From Pseudomonadota bacterium (lineage in GTDB: Bacteria; Pseudomonadota; Gammaproteobacteria; JAADHS01), in assembly GCA_021821045.1 (NCBI GenBank), contig JAKACW010000009.1, forward strand, positions 1,109 to 65,108: 64,000 nucleotides of DNA, in the 5' to 3' direction. Made by a program: the position numbers and the translations under genes. Below the pieces are notes generated by a model. It did no database searches. It was not told the origin of the DNA and was given only the letters and a program-made list of their open reading frames with translations. The first letter of the stretch is position 1; each line of letters opens with the position of its first letter. Of this stretch, positions 50,335 through 61,408 are shown piece by piece.

Positions 50335-51003
50335 TCAAAAAACGAACTTGCTGGGTTCTTGAACGTTGTGCATGCGAGGGAGCGTCGTTTCGAACAAGCT
50401 CTCCCGGCTCCACGCTTGTTCCCCGGTGCGGGTAATTAGCAATGCTTCCATGACGGGTTCGTTGCCGACGACGACAAACAGGCGGCCGCCGATTTTGAGC
50501 TGGTTGAGCAGTTTCTGCGGCAGAGTTGGGTACGAGGCCGTCGCGGCGATGGCGTCATAGGGGCCGTGAGCGGCCCAACCATTCGCACCGTCACCGGTCT
50601 GCAGTGTCACGTTGGTGATGCCCGCCGCGCTGAGCTTGGATCGGGCGTCGCGGATGAAGTCATCGAAAATGTCGATGGAGTACACGTGTTTGGCGAGCCT
50701 TGCCAGCAATGCTGTCAGATAGCCGCTGCCCGTGCCGATTTCAAGCACGCTGTCGGACTCCTTGACGGTCAAGCTCTGTAATAGACGCGCCTCAATCTTG
50801 GGCGCCATCATGCATTGACCATGATTAAGCGGGATCTCAATGTCGGCGTAGGCCAATCGCCGCTCCGTCGCCGGGACGAATTGATCTCGAGGCAACTCAT
50901 TGATTAACCGGAGAACATTGTCGTCGAGGACATCCCACGGTCGAATTTGCTGCTCAACCATATTGAAACGAGCTTGTTCGAAATTCATGTGCGCGCTCAT
51001 CAT
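50335..51003 (-). CDS. pcm: Protein-L-isoaspartate O-methyltransferase family protein (Pcm-like)
   Basis: VLEIGTGSGYLTALLARLA (SAM motif I), with the overall Pcm layout. The start may be the internal Met at 50988. Confidence 0.8.
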   Translation of the reverse strand: MMSAHMNFEQARFNMVEQQIRPWDVLDDNVLRLINELPRDQFVPATERRLAYADIEIPLNHGQCMMAPKIEARLLQSLTVKESDSVLEIGTGSGYLTALLARLAKHVYSIDIFDDFIRDARSKLSAAGITNVTLQTGDGANGWAAHGPYDAIAATASYPTLPQKLLNQLKIGGRLFVVVGNEPVMEALLITRTGEQAWSRESLFETTLPRMHNVQEPSKFVF

Positions 51004-51179
51004 TTTATTGTTGTGTATATATAAAGATAGTGCGGATTAATTCCCGTCAGTAAGGTTAAGCGGTTTGCAGTCGCGGTGCAAGATCTGCTCTGTCTTGGCG
51101 CACGCCCCCGCGGGAGCCCCTATACAATGCATGGATGTCGGGGCACGTTCTTGCTAAGCACTTACGCATGGGCTAAGGT

Positions 51180-51290
51180 GGCGGCTCAGCGGCTGGGGGT
51201 GCTCGGCGGTGTTTTTCCGACCGAGCTGAGATTAAACCCTTTGAACCTGAACCGGTCAGTACCGGCGGAGGAAAGCGGCGCAGTAAACGA
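51180..51290 (+). promoter_or_regulatory. TPP (THI-box) riboswitch in the thiC leader
   Basis: GGGGTGCTCGG ... CCGAGCTGAGATTAAACCCTTTGAACCTGAACCGGTCAGTACCGGCGGAGGAA contains the conserved CUGAGA and ACCCUUUGAACCUGA cores, 110-220 nt upstream of thiC. Confidence 0.85.
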
Positions 51291-51383
51291 TATTCGGTTC
51301 TCTACCTCGTTTGCCCATTCAACGTCTTTCCTCTCGGCGACCGTTTGTGATTTTTTTGGTGCCTACCACACGGGGCGCCGTGA

Positions 51384-53282
<1,899 letters not shown>

Positions 53283-53422
53283 TAAATCCTGCGTCATGGG
53301 CGCGGCTTAATGCCCGGTCGCGCCATTTCCTCATTCTCCGTGCTCGTTATCTCCTAAGCACCCGTTCGGATTCGCCGATACCCATAGCGGTATAACTTGG
53401 GTGTCAGTGTATTGGGGGCAAC

Positions 53423-53803
53423 GTGAGCGAGCGCGCGTATCGAATTATTCAGGGTATTTTTCTTCTGGCCATGCTGTCTCTGGATTTGGACGTCATGGTA
53501 ACCGCATTCATTGTCCTGACACTCTGGGAAGCGCTGACTAATCTGCGCATTCCCGTTCTCGTCACTCGCATGCGATTCGGCACCCAGGGCGTCGAGGCGA
53601 TGAAGCCCGAGCCGAACAAGTTTGCATTCGAAGCCGAACGCTTTCAGCGCATCGTCTTGAGTGTGTTGCTTTTCTTCACCTGGGTCGTTTTTCCCGATGT
53701 TGGATGGTTTTTCCCCTGGTTTGTCGGCGCGATGCTGTTCGCAGCCGGCCTGACCAACATTTGCCCGATGGCGTTGTTGGGACGTTATCTCGGCTTTCGC
53801 TGA
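53423..53803 (+). CDS. Small polytopic membrane protein with a DUF2892-like TNICP motif, hypothetical
   Basis: 126 aa, four predicted TM segments. The last helix carries LTNICPMALLG, resembling the LGICP motif of the 24243..24491 protein. Confidence 0.45.
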   Translation: MSERAYRIIQGIFLLAMLSLDLDVMVTAFIVLTLWEALTNLRIPVLVTRMRFGTQGVEAMKPEPNKFAFEAERFQRIVLSVLLFFTWVVFPDVGWFFPWFVGAMLFAAGLTNICPMALLGRYLGFR

Positions 53804-53827
53804 TTTTCTCACCACTCTTAAGCAGCT

Positions 53828-55273
53828 ATGACGAGCCCACGGCCGACAACATCCGATTGGCGCAACAACTGGCGCGCCAGCATCGCTGTAAAAATTTCGG
53901 GCACCATCATGTGGCTGGTGGTCGCGGTGTTGTTTCTGGTCAACATTGCGGTGCAATGGAACGTCGAGCAAAAAGTTCGCGAGGAACTAGAAAAATCCGC
54001 CGAACACATCATCTTCGAGATCAACGAGATTCTGGAGGTCGCCGAGGGCGACGATGCCATTGCCCGGACCCGCGATGTGCTCCAGCATCTATTGGCGACG
54101 GAGGAATACTCGCGCGTTGAGATATTCGTTGATGAGAGGTTCTGGTTTGGACTTGGATCCGAAGTTGCGAACCAGGACATGCTGTCGCGCTCCATTCGTA
54201 TCATCGACGCCAATGCCGCCACGCATGTTTTGAGGATGGACTTTTATCACCCGCGGGTCGCCGATATCGTCAAGAGCGAACGCAAGTGGCTGTTGTTGGT
54301 GGCGGGATTGCCGATTTTCGTGATGGGTCTGGTGTTGGCGGGATTGGTTCACGTTATTGTTGCACGGCCCATTCAGGAGCTTGTAACGGCGACACGCCGT
54401 GTCTCGGAAGGTGAGCTGGAAATCCGGCTGGCGGAGAACCGGCAGGACGAATTCGGATCGCTGGCGACGTTCTTCAACCAAATGCTATCCCGGCTGCAGC
54501 AAAACCAACGCGACTTGGCCGCGGCCCTCGACCAGGCGGAGACCGCGAATCGCGCCAAGAGCGCATTCTTGGCGAACATGAGCCATGAATTGCGCACGCC
54601 GCTGAACGCCATCATGGGTTACAGCGAGATGGTCGAAGAAGAAGCGCAAGATGCCGGTCACAGCCAATATATCGCGGACCTCAAGCGGATTCGATCGTCG
54701 GGCGCGTATTTGTTGTCTTTGATAAACGATATTCTCGATTTGTCCAAAATCGAGGCCGGTAAGTTTGAACTGTACGCTGAGCGGTTCAAAGTCGCCACGT
54801 TGATGGAAGACGTCATGGTCACCGTCAAGCCGCTCATCGAACGCAACGGCAACACGGGCGAGATGCGCATCGGCCGCGGCGTCGAGATGATCTACACGGA
54901 TATGACTCGCCTGCGGCAGATTCTTTTCAACCTGCTGTCAAACGCAGCGAAATTTACCCACCACGGCAGCATCAAGTTTTACGCTGATCGCGCACTGACG
55001 AGCGGTGGCGAGCCCGCTGTCGAGTTTCACGTCGAAGATACGGGGATTGGCATCGCGCCGGAGAAGCTCGCGCACTTGTTCGAGGATTTTACGCAAGCCG
55101 ATGTGTCGACGACGCGCAAATATGGCGGTACGGGACTGGGTCTTTCCATTAGCCGGCGTTTTGCGCAGCTCATGGGCGGGACGCTCATCGTGGAGAGCGA
55201 ACCCGGCCGCGGCTCGAAGTTCACTTTTGTATTGCCGCTGACGCAGCCCGAGGTCGCCACGCCCATTACTTAA
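53828..55273 (+). CDS. Membrane sensor histidine kinase (TM, periplasmic loop, TM, HAMP, HisKA, HATPase_c)
   Basis: The H box is [20 protein letters not shown]. The N/G boxes are [15 protein letters not shown] and [17 protein letters not shown] segment ([26 protein letters not shown]) follows TM2. Confidence 0.88.
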   Translation: MTSPRPTTSDWRNNWRASIAVKISGTIMWLVVAVLFLVNIAVQWNVEQKVREELEKSAEHIIFEINEILEVAEGDDAIARTRDVLQHLLATEEYSRVEIFVDERFWFGLGSEVANQDMLSRSIRIIDANAATHVLRMDFYHPRVADIVKSERKWLLLVAGLPIFVMGLVLAGLVHVIVARPIQELVTATRRVSEGELEIRLAENRQDEFGSLATFFNQMLSRLQQNQRDLAAALDQAETANRAKSAFLANMSHELRTPLNAIMGYSEMVEEEAQDAGHSQYIADLKRIRSSGAYLLSLINDILDLSKIEAGKFELYAERFKVATLMEDVMVTVKPLIERNGNTGEMRIGRGVEMIYTDMTRLRQILFNLLSNAAKFTHHGSIKFYADRALTSGGEPAVEFHVEDTGIGIAPEKLAHLFEDFTQADVSTTRKYGGTGLGLSISRRFAQLMGGTLIVESEPGRGSKFTFVLPLTQPEVATPIT

Positions 55274-56417
55274 CAACAATGATTTGCTCTTCGCTTGCTT
55301 GGCCGAACTTGCGATTCTCGCGATCCGCCAGGCGCCAGCGGAACGGGTAACGCCCGGCATCGTTGGGCGCCTTGACGTTAAAGCTGAAGACTTTGATCGC
55401 GCCGGGTGCGATCACTTCGCCGGGTTGCAGTTCAACGCGATTGATAAACCACGCAAGATTGTTGTCCGGTTCCTGCGAGATCAGCGCGATATCGCCATGG
55501 CGCCACGGGCTGTCCCCCGTGTTTTTGAACACCAACGCCACTGGATAGTCATCTCCGCCGATCATCGTCTCGGGAACAGTTTGGGACATAAACTCGGCGC
55601 GGAACGTTTCGCTGATGGGCTGCGGTTCGGGCTGTCCGACGCGAATGACCGTCTGCGGCGATGGCTCGCCGAACGCCCGGTTCTTGTCATGACGCAGCTG
55701 CCACTCGAATGGATACTCGCCCGCCTTGCGCGGTGCCGTAGCCTCGAAACTGAACGTCGCCGTTTGGCCCGGAGCGATGAAATCGCGGGCGCCGAGCTTC
55801 ACTTTGCCGATGCCCCAGGTGCTCTGTGCGCCGGATGTCGTCGCACCGAGATAGAAACCGTTTTCGTCGCTCCAGCTCAATTCGCCGGCGTTTTCAAATT
55901 GGATCAAGACTTTGAATTTTTCGCCCGGCGCAAGCCGATCCGGCACCAGCTGGGAGACGAACTTGGCGCGGGTATGCGGGTCGTCGACTCGGATGGTCGA
56001 CACGGGTGAATGAATTCCAGGGATGGGCTTGCCCGCGCGCATGAGCTGCCACGACAGATGGTAGGTGCCGGGCGTAGCGGGCGCGGAAAGCGTGAATTCG
56101 AAAGTCTTGGTTTCACCCGGTCCGACGATTTCGTCGCTGGCGAATTCCACCTTGTCGACGCCCCACGACGTGCCGTTGCCCGCTTCACCGATGGCCAACA
56201 ACACGCCATTGTCCGCTGTCCAGGCTTCCGTGCCGACGTTTTTCAGCACCACTTCCACCGGCTGCTGGGCTTGGGTCACCAGTTGATCTGGAACGGTTTG
56301 GCCGACGAAGTGACCGCCGTAAAACGTCTGGGCGAAAGCAGCGGCGTTATAAAACGCGATGCCGAGGCCAGCCAGCAGGCCAAGAACAGCGAAGCGATTC
56401 GGATTATGGTTTTTCAT
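55266..56417 (-). CDS. Secreted protein made of three tandem ~115-aa Ig-like repeats (NBR1-FW / CARDB-like)
   Basis: Signal peptide MKNHNPNRFAVLGLLAGLGIAFYNAAAFA. Then three repeats share F-x-[GS]-Q-x-VP, NxG, W, PG-x-x-x-F-x-F and G-x-Y-x-x-x-W-x-L-x-x-x-x-x-x-FG. The third is FMSQTVPETM...FKNTGDSPW...GRYPFRWRLAD...KFG. Confidence 0.7.
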   Translation of the reverse strand: MKNHNPNRFAVLGLLAGLGIAFYNAAAFAQTFYGGHFVGQTVPDQLVTQAQQPVEVVLKNVGTEAWTADNGVLLAIGEAGNGTSWGVDKVEFASDEIVGPGETKTFEFTLSAPATPGTYHLSWQLMRAGKPIPGIHSPVSTIRVDDPHTRAKFVSQLVPDRLAPGEKFKVLIQFENAGELSWSDENGFYLGATTSGAQSTWGIGKVKLGARDFIAPGQTATFSFEATAPRKAGEYPFEWQLRHDKNRAFGEPSPQTVIRVGQPEPQPISETFRAEFMSQTVPETMIGGDDYPVALVFKNTGDSPWRHGDIALISQEPDNNLAWFINRVELQPGEVIAPGAIKVFSFNVKAPNDAGRYPFRWRLADRENRKFGQASEEQIIVVK

Positions 56418-56679
56418 GGTGGAATAGACCTGCAAGAAAACGGTTGATTTATTGTAGCAAGGCGTCGACCCGGTTCTGGTCACGGGGCAACTCGGGGAAC
56501 GCCCTGATTCTAACGTTCTTATTTCCGGTCTTGGATAGGGCGGTTGGCCGCCCGACTAGGTAATCGGCCGTAGGCTCGGGTTGCCTGAGGCGGCCTTTGC
56601 TTGAGTCTAAATAGTTGAAATAAAGCTAAAAAAACTGACTTTCCGGACGACAACTCGATTACGCCTCGCCTCGAGGCCA

Positions 56680-58818
56680 TTGGATCGATTGCAGGGATTC
56701 TGGGTGAGTCAACAACTTAAAGCGCTGCTGCTGTGCGTTATGGCAGGTCTCGCCGCGGCATTGGGCGGCCTCGCCGTCGACGGATTCGCCGCACCTGAGC
56801 GTTTTCTTTACGATCAGCGCCAACGCGCCCACCGTGCCGATCTCGTCGCGCCCGATCAGCTGGTCCTGGTGATGATCGACGAACATACGCTTGCTGCATT
56901 GCGGGCGGACTTGGGGCGATTTCCCTGGCCGCGCCATATTTACGCCGACGTTTTGGATTTCATCGCATTGGGCGAGCCCCGCGCCGTGGTGTTCGACATT
57001 CTGTTTAGCGAGCCCGAGGCCGTCGATGGCCAAGGTGCGGTGAACGATCAGCGGTTCGCCGAAGCGAGCAGTGCGTTGCCTGCGGCACATGCCGCCCGCG
57101 TAGCGACTACGGGCGGGGAAGGGAAATCGGAGTTCGACACGTCGGCGTTTGAAATCGGGCGGGCGAACGCGGATCCGGGCGAGTCGGCGCTGCTGGTGCC
57201 GCCGATTGATCCGTTGGCGCGCAGCGCTCGGGCCATAGGGTTCGTCGATCTAACGCCGGATTCCGATGGCGTCGTGCGTCGCACGCCGTTGCATCGGCCG
57301 TTTTCTGGATCGGTTTTGCCGTCGCTCGGAATCGCTGCTCTGCGCGCCGCAGGATGGTCGGACTGGACTGTCCGTCCGGATGGATTGGCAGCCGCGAGCG
57401 GGCTTGTCATTCCCGCGTCAAGTGATGGTTCGTACGACGTTGGGTTCTATGGCCGATTCAATGAATTGTCGTTCTCGGCGCTCGTCGCCGGCGCGAAGAA
57501 AATCCACGAGGGTGACGTCGAAAACCTGTTGGTGCATCCCGACGAGTTTCGCGACAAGATCGTGTTCATCGGTGCCAGCGCGGCGGGTCTCGATGATCTG
57601 AAGGCCAATCCTCTTTCTCCGGCCGCACCCGGCGTGCGGATTCACGCCAGTGTCGCCGGCAATGTTCTTGACAACACTTTCTTGCGCCGTCCAGCCCGCT
57701 GGTGGGTCGGCGTGCATAGCGTGGTGGTCTCGTGTCTGATTGGCGCCGCAACGCTGCTCGGCGCGCGGCTGGTCTGGCAAATCGCGTTGCCGGTGGGCGT
57801 GCTGGCGCTGTTCGTGCTGGCCGGTTTCGAGGTATTCGCCCATGGTTGGATCGTGGAAATGTCCGCGCCGCTCGTTGCCGGGTTAGTGAGTTGGCTGAGT
57901 GGGTTGGGCTACGTGAATGTTGTCCAGGGAAAAGACCGACGCAAAGTGCGGCGATTGCTCGCGCAGTACGTGTCGCCTTCAGTGCTTTCCGCCGTCGTCG
58001 ATAAATATGAGGACGTCATCCGCGCGGAGGTGGGAACGCGGGAAAACGTCACGGTGTTGTTCTCCGACGTGCGGTCGTTCACGTCCATGTCGGAGAACCT
58101 TCAAGCCGAACAAGTCGTCGATTTGCTCAACGTGCACTTTGGCGTGATGACTGAAATCATTTTCCGTTACGACGGCACGTTGGACAAGTTTATCGGCGAC
58201 GCGATCATGGCGTTTTGGGGCGCGCCGCTGCGCATCGACGATCACGCGGAGCGCGCGGTAAGAGCGGCGTTGGACATGGCTCGAGGTATCGAGACCGTTA
58301 ACGCCACGCTCAAGGTCCGCGGTTTGCCGCAGATTCGCATCGGCATCGGCTTGAACAGCGGCGAGGTTGTGCTGGGGAACATTGGTTCGGAGCGCAAGCT
58401 GGATTACACGGTGATCGGCGACAACGTGAATCTGGCTTCGCGCATGGAAGGTTTGACGGGCAAGTACGGCTGCACGGTTCTGTTGTCCGAGGCGACGTAC
58501 TTGGCGGTGGCTGCAAAGGTGCCAAGTGCGCTGATCGATCGAGTGCGGGTCAAAGGCAAGCATCAGCCGATCGGCATTTACGTTCCCCTGGAACTGCTGG
58601 AGGGAACCGTGGATCGCGCTCAATGGGAGCAGGTGAGAGCCAACATGGATGAAGCGTTTCAGCATTACTGCGCGCGGCGCTGGGAAGCGGCGATGACCGC
58701 ATACGGGAAGGTTCCGTTCCCAGGTGTCGCTGAGCTGTTCGTCAAACGCTGCAAGGGGTACATGGACGCGCCGCCGTCTGCCGATTGGAACGGTGTGACC
58801 ACGTTGGACAGCAAGTAG
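56680..58818 (+). CDS. CHASE2-sensor class III adenylate/guanylate cyclase
   Basis: The N-terminal CHASE2 periplasmic domain is flanked by TM helices. The three TM helices at WWVGVHSVVVSCLIGAATLLG... come next. Then a CYCc domain (VTVLFSDVRSFTSMSE...FIGDAIMAFWGAP...GIGLNSGEVVLGNIGS...TVIGDNVNLASRMEG) and a ~80-aa C-terminal extension. Confidence 0.88.
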   Translation: MDRLQGFWVSQQLKALLLCVMAGLAAALGGLAVDGFAAPERFLYDQRQRAHRADLVAPDQLVLVMIDEHTLAALRADLGRFPWPRHIYADVLDFIALGEPRAVVFDILFSEPEAVDGQGAVNDQRFAEASSALPAAHAARVATTGGEGKSEFDTSAFEIGRANADPGESALLVPPIDPLARSARAIGFVDLTPDSDGVVRRTPLHRPFSGSVLPSLGIAALRAAGWSDWTVRPDGLAAASGLVIPASSDGSYDVGFYGRFNELSFSALVAGAKKIHEGDVENLLVHPDEFRDKIVFIGASAAGLDDLKANPLSPAAPGVRIHASVAGNVLDNTFLRRPARWWVGVHSVVVSCLIGAATLLGARLVWQIALPVGVLALFVLAGFEVFAHGWIVEMSAPLVAGLVSWLSGLGYVNVVQGKDRRKVRRLLAQYVSPSVLSAVVDKYEDVIRAEVGTRENVTVLFSDVRSFTSMSENLQAEQVVDLLNVHFGVMTEIIFRYDGTLDKFIGDAIMAFWGAPLRIDDHAERAVRAALDMARGIETVNATLKVRGLPQIRIGIGLNSGEVVLGNIGSERKLDYTVIGDNVNLASRMEGLTGKYGCTVLLSEATYLAVAAKVPSALIDRVRVKGKHQPIGIYVPLELLEGTVDRAQWEQVRANMDEAFQHYCARRWEAAMTAYGKVPFPGVAELFVKRCKGYMDAPPSADWNGVTTLDSK

Positions 58819-58832
58819 TGAGGAGGGAGCGA

Positions 58833-59324
58833 ATGGGAAATTGCACGCGAGTTTGCCTGGCCATAGCCGTGTGGTTGATGGCTGCCGCCGCCGGGGCTGA
58901 AGAGTTCCGCTATGTGGTGAGCAAGAAAGCCGACTTGCTGTTGGAGCCGAAGTTTGGGACTGCGGTGGTCATTACCGTCGCGCAAGGCGAAAAAGTAGCG
59001 ATTCTGGAGCAGCAGGGAAGCTGGTTGCGCGTGCGCCATGCCGATGCTCGCGGCTGGGTTTCGCGGCTATTGGTCGGTCCAAACCCTCCGATGGACAAAG
59101 TCTCCGCCCTCGACAAGATCGACGATGCCGCGACATTGAATGTCCGTCGTCGCGCCTCCGACGTCACCGCCGCCGGGGCGACCCGCGGTTTGACAGCCGA
59201 GGACCGGCGTCGCGCCAGTCAGGAAGACGCGGCCGATTTCGATGCGTTGGCGCGCATGGAGCAATGGCGCGTCGATGACGAGGAAATCGCGGCGTTCTCA
59301 AACCCGATACGGGGGTTGCCATGA
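58833..59324 (+). CDS. Periplasmic SH3b-domain protein (signal peptide, SH3_3, acidic tail)
   Basis: An AGGAGGGA Shine-Dalgarno sits before ATG 58833. Signal peptide MGNCTRVCLAIAVWLMAAAAGA. SH3b core VAQGEKVAILEQQGSWLRVRHADARGWV. It starts 15 nt after the cyclase stop. Confidence 0.75.
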   Translation: MGNCTRVCLAIAVWLMAAAAGAEEFRYVVSKKADLLLEPKFGTAVVITVAQGEKVAILEQQGSWLRVRHADARGWVSRLLVGPNPPMDKVSALDKIDDAATLNVRRRASDVTAAGATRGLTAEDRRRASQEDAADFDALARMEQWRVDDEEIAAFSNPIRGLP

Positions 59325-60151
59325 AAAGACCACTCGTTGTTATTGCGACGGCGGTCGCGCTGTTGGGAAGTGTGATTCATGCCGACGCCGGGCCGTCGTC
59401 CGACAGGACGCGTCTGTCCGATCAAGCGGGCGTATTCGCCGACACGCCTCAGGATGTCGCGGCAGAGATCAATTTCGGTCGCAACGTGGCCGCGCGCATT
59501 CTGGCGCGTTATCCCTTGCACGGCGACGAAGCGCTGAATCATTACATCAATCTGGTTGGCAACACGCTTACCTTATCCAGCGCGCGTCCGGAGTTGACGT
59601 TCCGCTTTGCGGTGCTGGAAACCGATGCGGTCAATGCCTATGCGGCGCCCGGCGGTTATATCTTCGTTACTCGCGGAGCGTTGAACGCCATGAGCGATGA
59701 AGCGGAACTGGCCGCCGTGCTGGCCCATGAGATCGCCCATGTCACCGAAAAACACATCGTCAATGCCATGAACATCAGCGGCGAGAGCGGCGGGACCGGT
59801 ATCGGGTCAATCTTTTCCAGCATCTCGGACCCGCTGCGGGCGGCCTTCACCGTGGCCGTGGACAAAGCCATGAGCATCCTGTTTCAGGAGGGATTGGACC
59901 AGCAAGATGAGTTCGAGGCGGATCGTTACGCGCTCGAGCTGCTGGCTGTGACGGGCTACGACCCGCGCGCCCTGGAACGGTATTTGGAAAAACTCGGATC
60001 CCGTCACGACATGCCGCAGACCATAACCGATACCCATCCGGGTTTCGATACGCGGCTGGCGTCGCTGCGCGCGGCGACGGGGGAAATGGGCTTGGAGAAA
60101 GCGGGTCAAGCGCGATTAACGGAGCGGTTTACATCCTATGTGCACAAATAA
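59321..60151 (+). CDS. M48-family Zn metallopeptidase (HExxH), periplasmic
   Basis: Signal peptide, then HEIAHVTEKH followed by a downstream Glu (EFEADRYALELL). It overlaps the SH3 gene stop by 4 nt. Confidence 0.85.
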   Translation: MKRPLVVIATAVALLGSVIHADAGPSSDRTRLSDQAGVFADTPQDVAAEINFGRNVAARILARYPLHGDEALNHYINLVGNTLTLSSARPELTFRFAVLETDAVNAYAAPGGYIFVTRGALNAMSDEAELAAVLAHEIAHVTEKHIVNAMNISGESGGTGIGSIFSSISDPLRAAFTVAVDKAMSILFQEGLDQQDEFEADRYALELLAVTGYDPRALERYLEKLGSRHDMPQTITDTHPGFDTRLASLRAATGEMGLEKAGQARLTERFTSYVHK

Positions 60152-61379
60152 TGTTCAGCATTTTCGATTCCTTCTTGCAGGGGTGACTGTGGTGGCGGCG
60201 TTGTGGAGCGCGCCCGATGTGCAGGCGGACGAGTATCACTACCGCAACATTTTGGTGGGGGAGCGGGCCAGCGGAATGGGCGGCGCCTACACGGCGGTGT
60301 CCGACAGTCCGGCGGGCCTGTATTACAATCCCGCCGGCGTGGTGTACGCGGCGGGCGGCAGCATTACCGCCAGCGTCAGCACCTATGACTACATCAGCAA
60401 GAGTTACGGTCGGGGTCTGAGCGGATTAAACGATTGGAATCGCCGCTCGACGAACTTTGTGCCGAGTTTCTTCGGCGTCTTGCGCCCAGTCGGCAATGGC
60501 GTCCTGGGCATATCCTATGCGATGCCCGACGCGGTCACCGAGGATCAGGATCTGGAGTTTCAGGATTCGGCGAATAGCATTCGCCGCTATGTCGTCAACT
60601 TCAATAACCAGGACCGCACGTTCCAGATTGGTCCTTCGTATGCGCGACGTCTCAATGACGAGTTGTCGGTGGGCGCATCGGTCTATTTCCACTACCGCGA
60701 GCGTGAGTGGATTTCAAATCAGTTGACCGAATTGACGTCCGGTCTCTACCAGATGAACAACACCTACTTTCAAACCAACGAGTACGGCTATAAGCCCGTG
60801 TTGGGCGTGATGTGGAGTCCGCTGGATAAGTGGTCTTTCGGCGCCTCGGTGAGCAAAGTGACGATCTATGAGGGAAAAGCGGACAGCCAAGTGACGACCC
60901 GCAGCACGGACAACGATCTCACGTTCGTGAAGTCGGCCACCGAGGACAAGCGCAAGCATCCGCTAAACGTGACTTTGGGCGCGGCCTATTTCTATTCACC
61001 CGCGTTCATGATCTCGGCCGACGCGGCCTATTACGAGAAATTCACCGATCCGATTTACGGTGAGCGCGAGTCGGTGGTGAACCTTTCCATCGGTGGCGAG
61101 TACTATCTCAACCCCGCGATCGCGCTGCGCGCCGGGGTCTTTACCGACTATGCCAACACGCCGGACCTCGTCGCGGGACAGTCCAACCAACCTGAGCACG
61201 TGGATTACCTGGGGCTTAGCTTCAGCGTGACCCATTTCACGCGCAACTCTTCCCTATCGCTGGGTTGCGTTTACCGGGACGGCGACGGCAAGGCGCAAAT
61301 CGTCGGCGGCTCGGACGAAATCCAAGACGTCTCCTACACGGGAGCTTCGTTGTTTATAACCTCGGGGTATTCTTACTGA
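60138..61379 (+). CDS. FadL/OmpP1/TodX-family outer-membrane beta-barrel transporter
   Basis: Signal peptide. RASGMGGAYTAVSDSPAGLYYNPAG matches the FadL N-terminal hatch motif. The C-terminal strand ends aromatic (TSGYSY). Confidence 0.75.
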   Translation: MCTNNVQHFRFLLAGVTVVAALWSAPDVQADEYHYRNILVGERASGMGGAYTAVSDSPAGLYYNPAGVVYAAGGSITASVSTYDYISKSYGRGLSGLNDWNRRSTNFVPSFFGVLRPVGNGVLGISYAMPDAVTEDQDLEFQDSANSIRRYVVNFNNQDRTFQIGPSYARRLNDELSVGASVYFHYREREWISNQLTELTSGLYQMNNTYFQTNEYGYKPVLGVMWSPLDKWSFGASVSKVTIYEGKADSQVTTRSTDNDLTFVKSATEDKRKHPLNVTLGAAYFYSPAFMISADAAYYEKFTDPIYGERESVVNLSIGGEYYLNPAIALRAGVFTDYANTPDLVAGQSNQPEHVDYLGLSFSVTHFTRNSSLSLGCVYRDGDGKAQIVGGSDEIQDVSYTGASLFITSGYSY

Positions 61380-61408
61380 CACCGCCATTTCACGAAGCGG
61401 TTCTCGGT

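Noticed and set aside
53283-53422. Hairpin-like GGGCGCGGcttaatgcccggtCGCGCCA after thiC as a terminator
   Set aside because: The stem is imperfect and there is no U-tract, so I did not annotate it.
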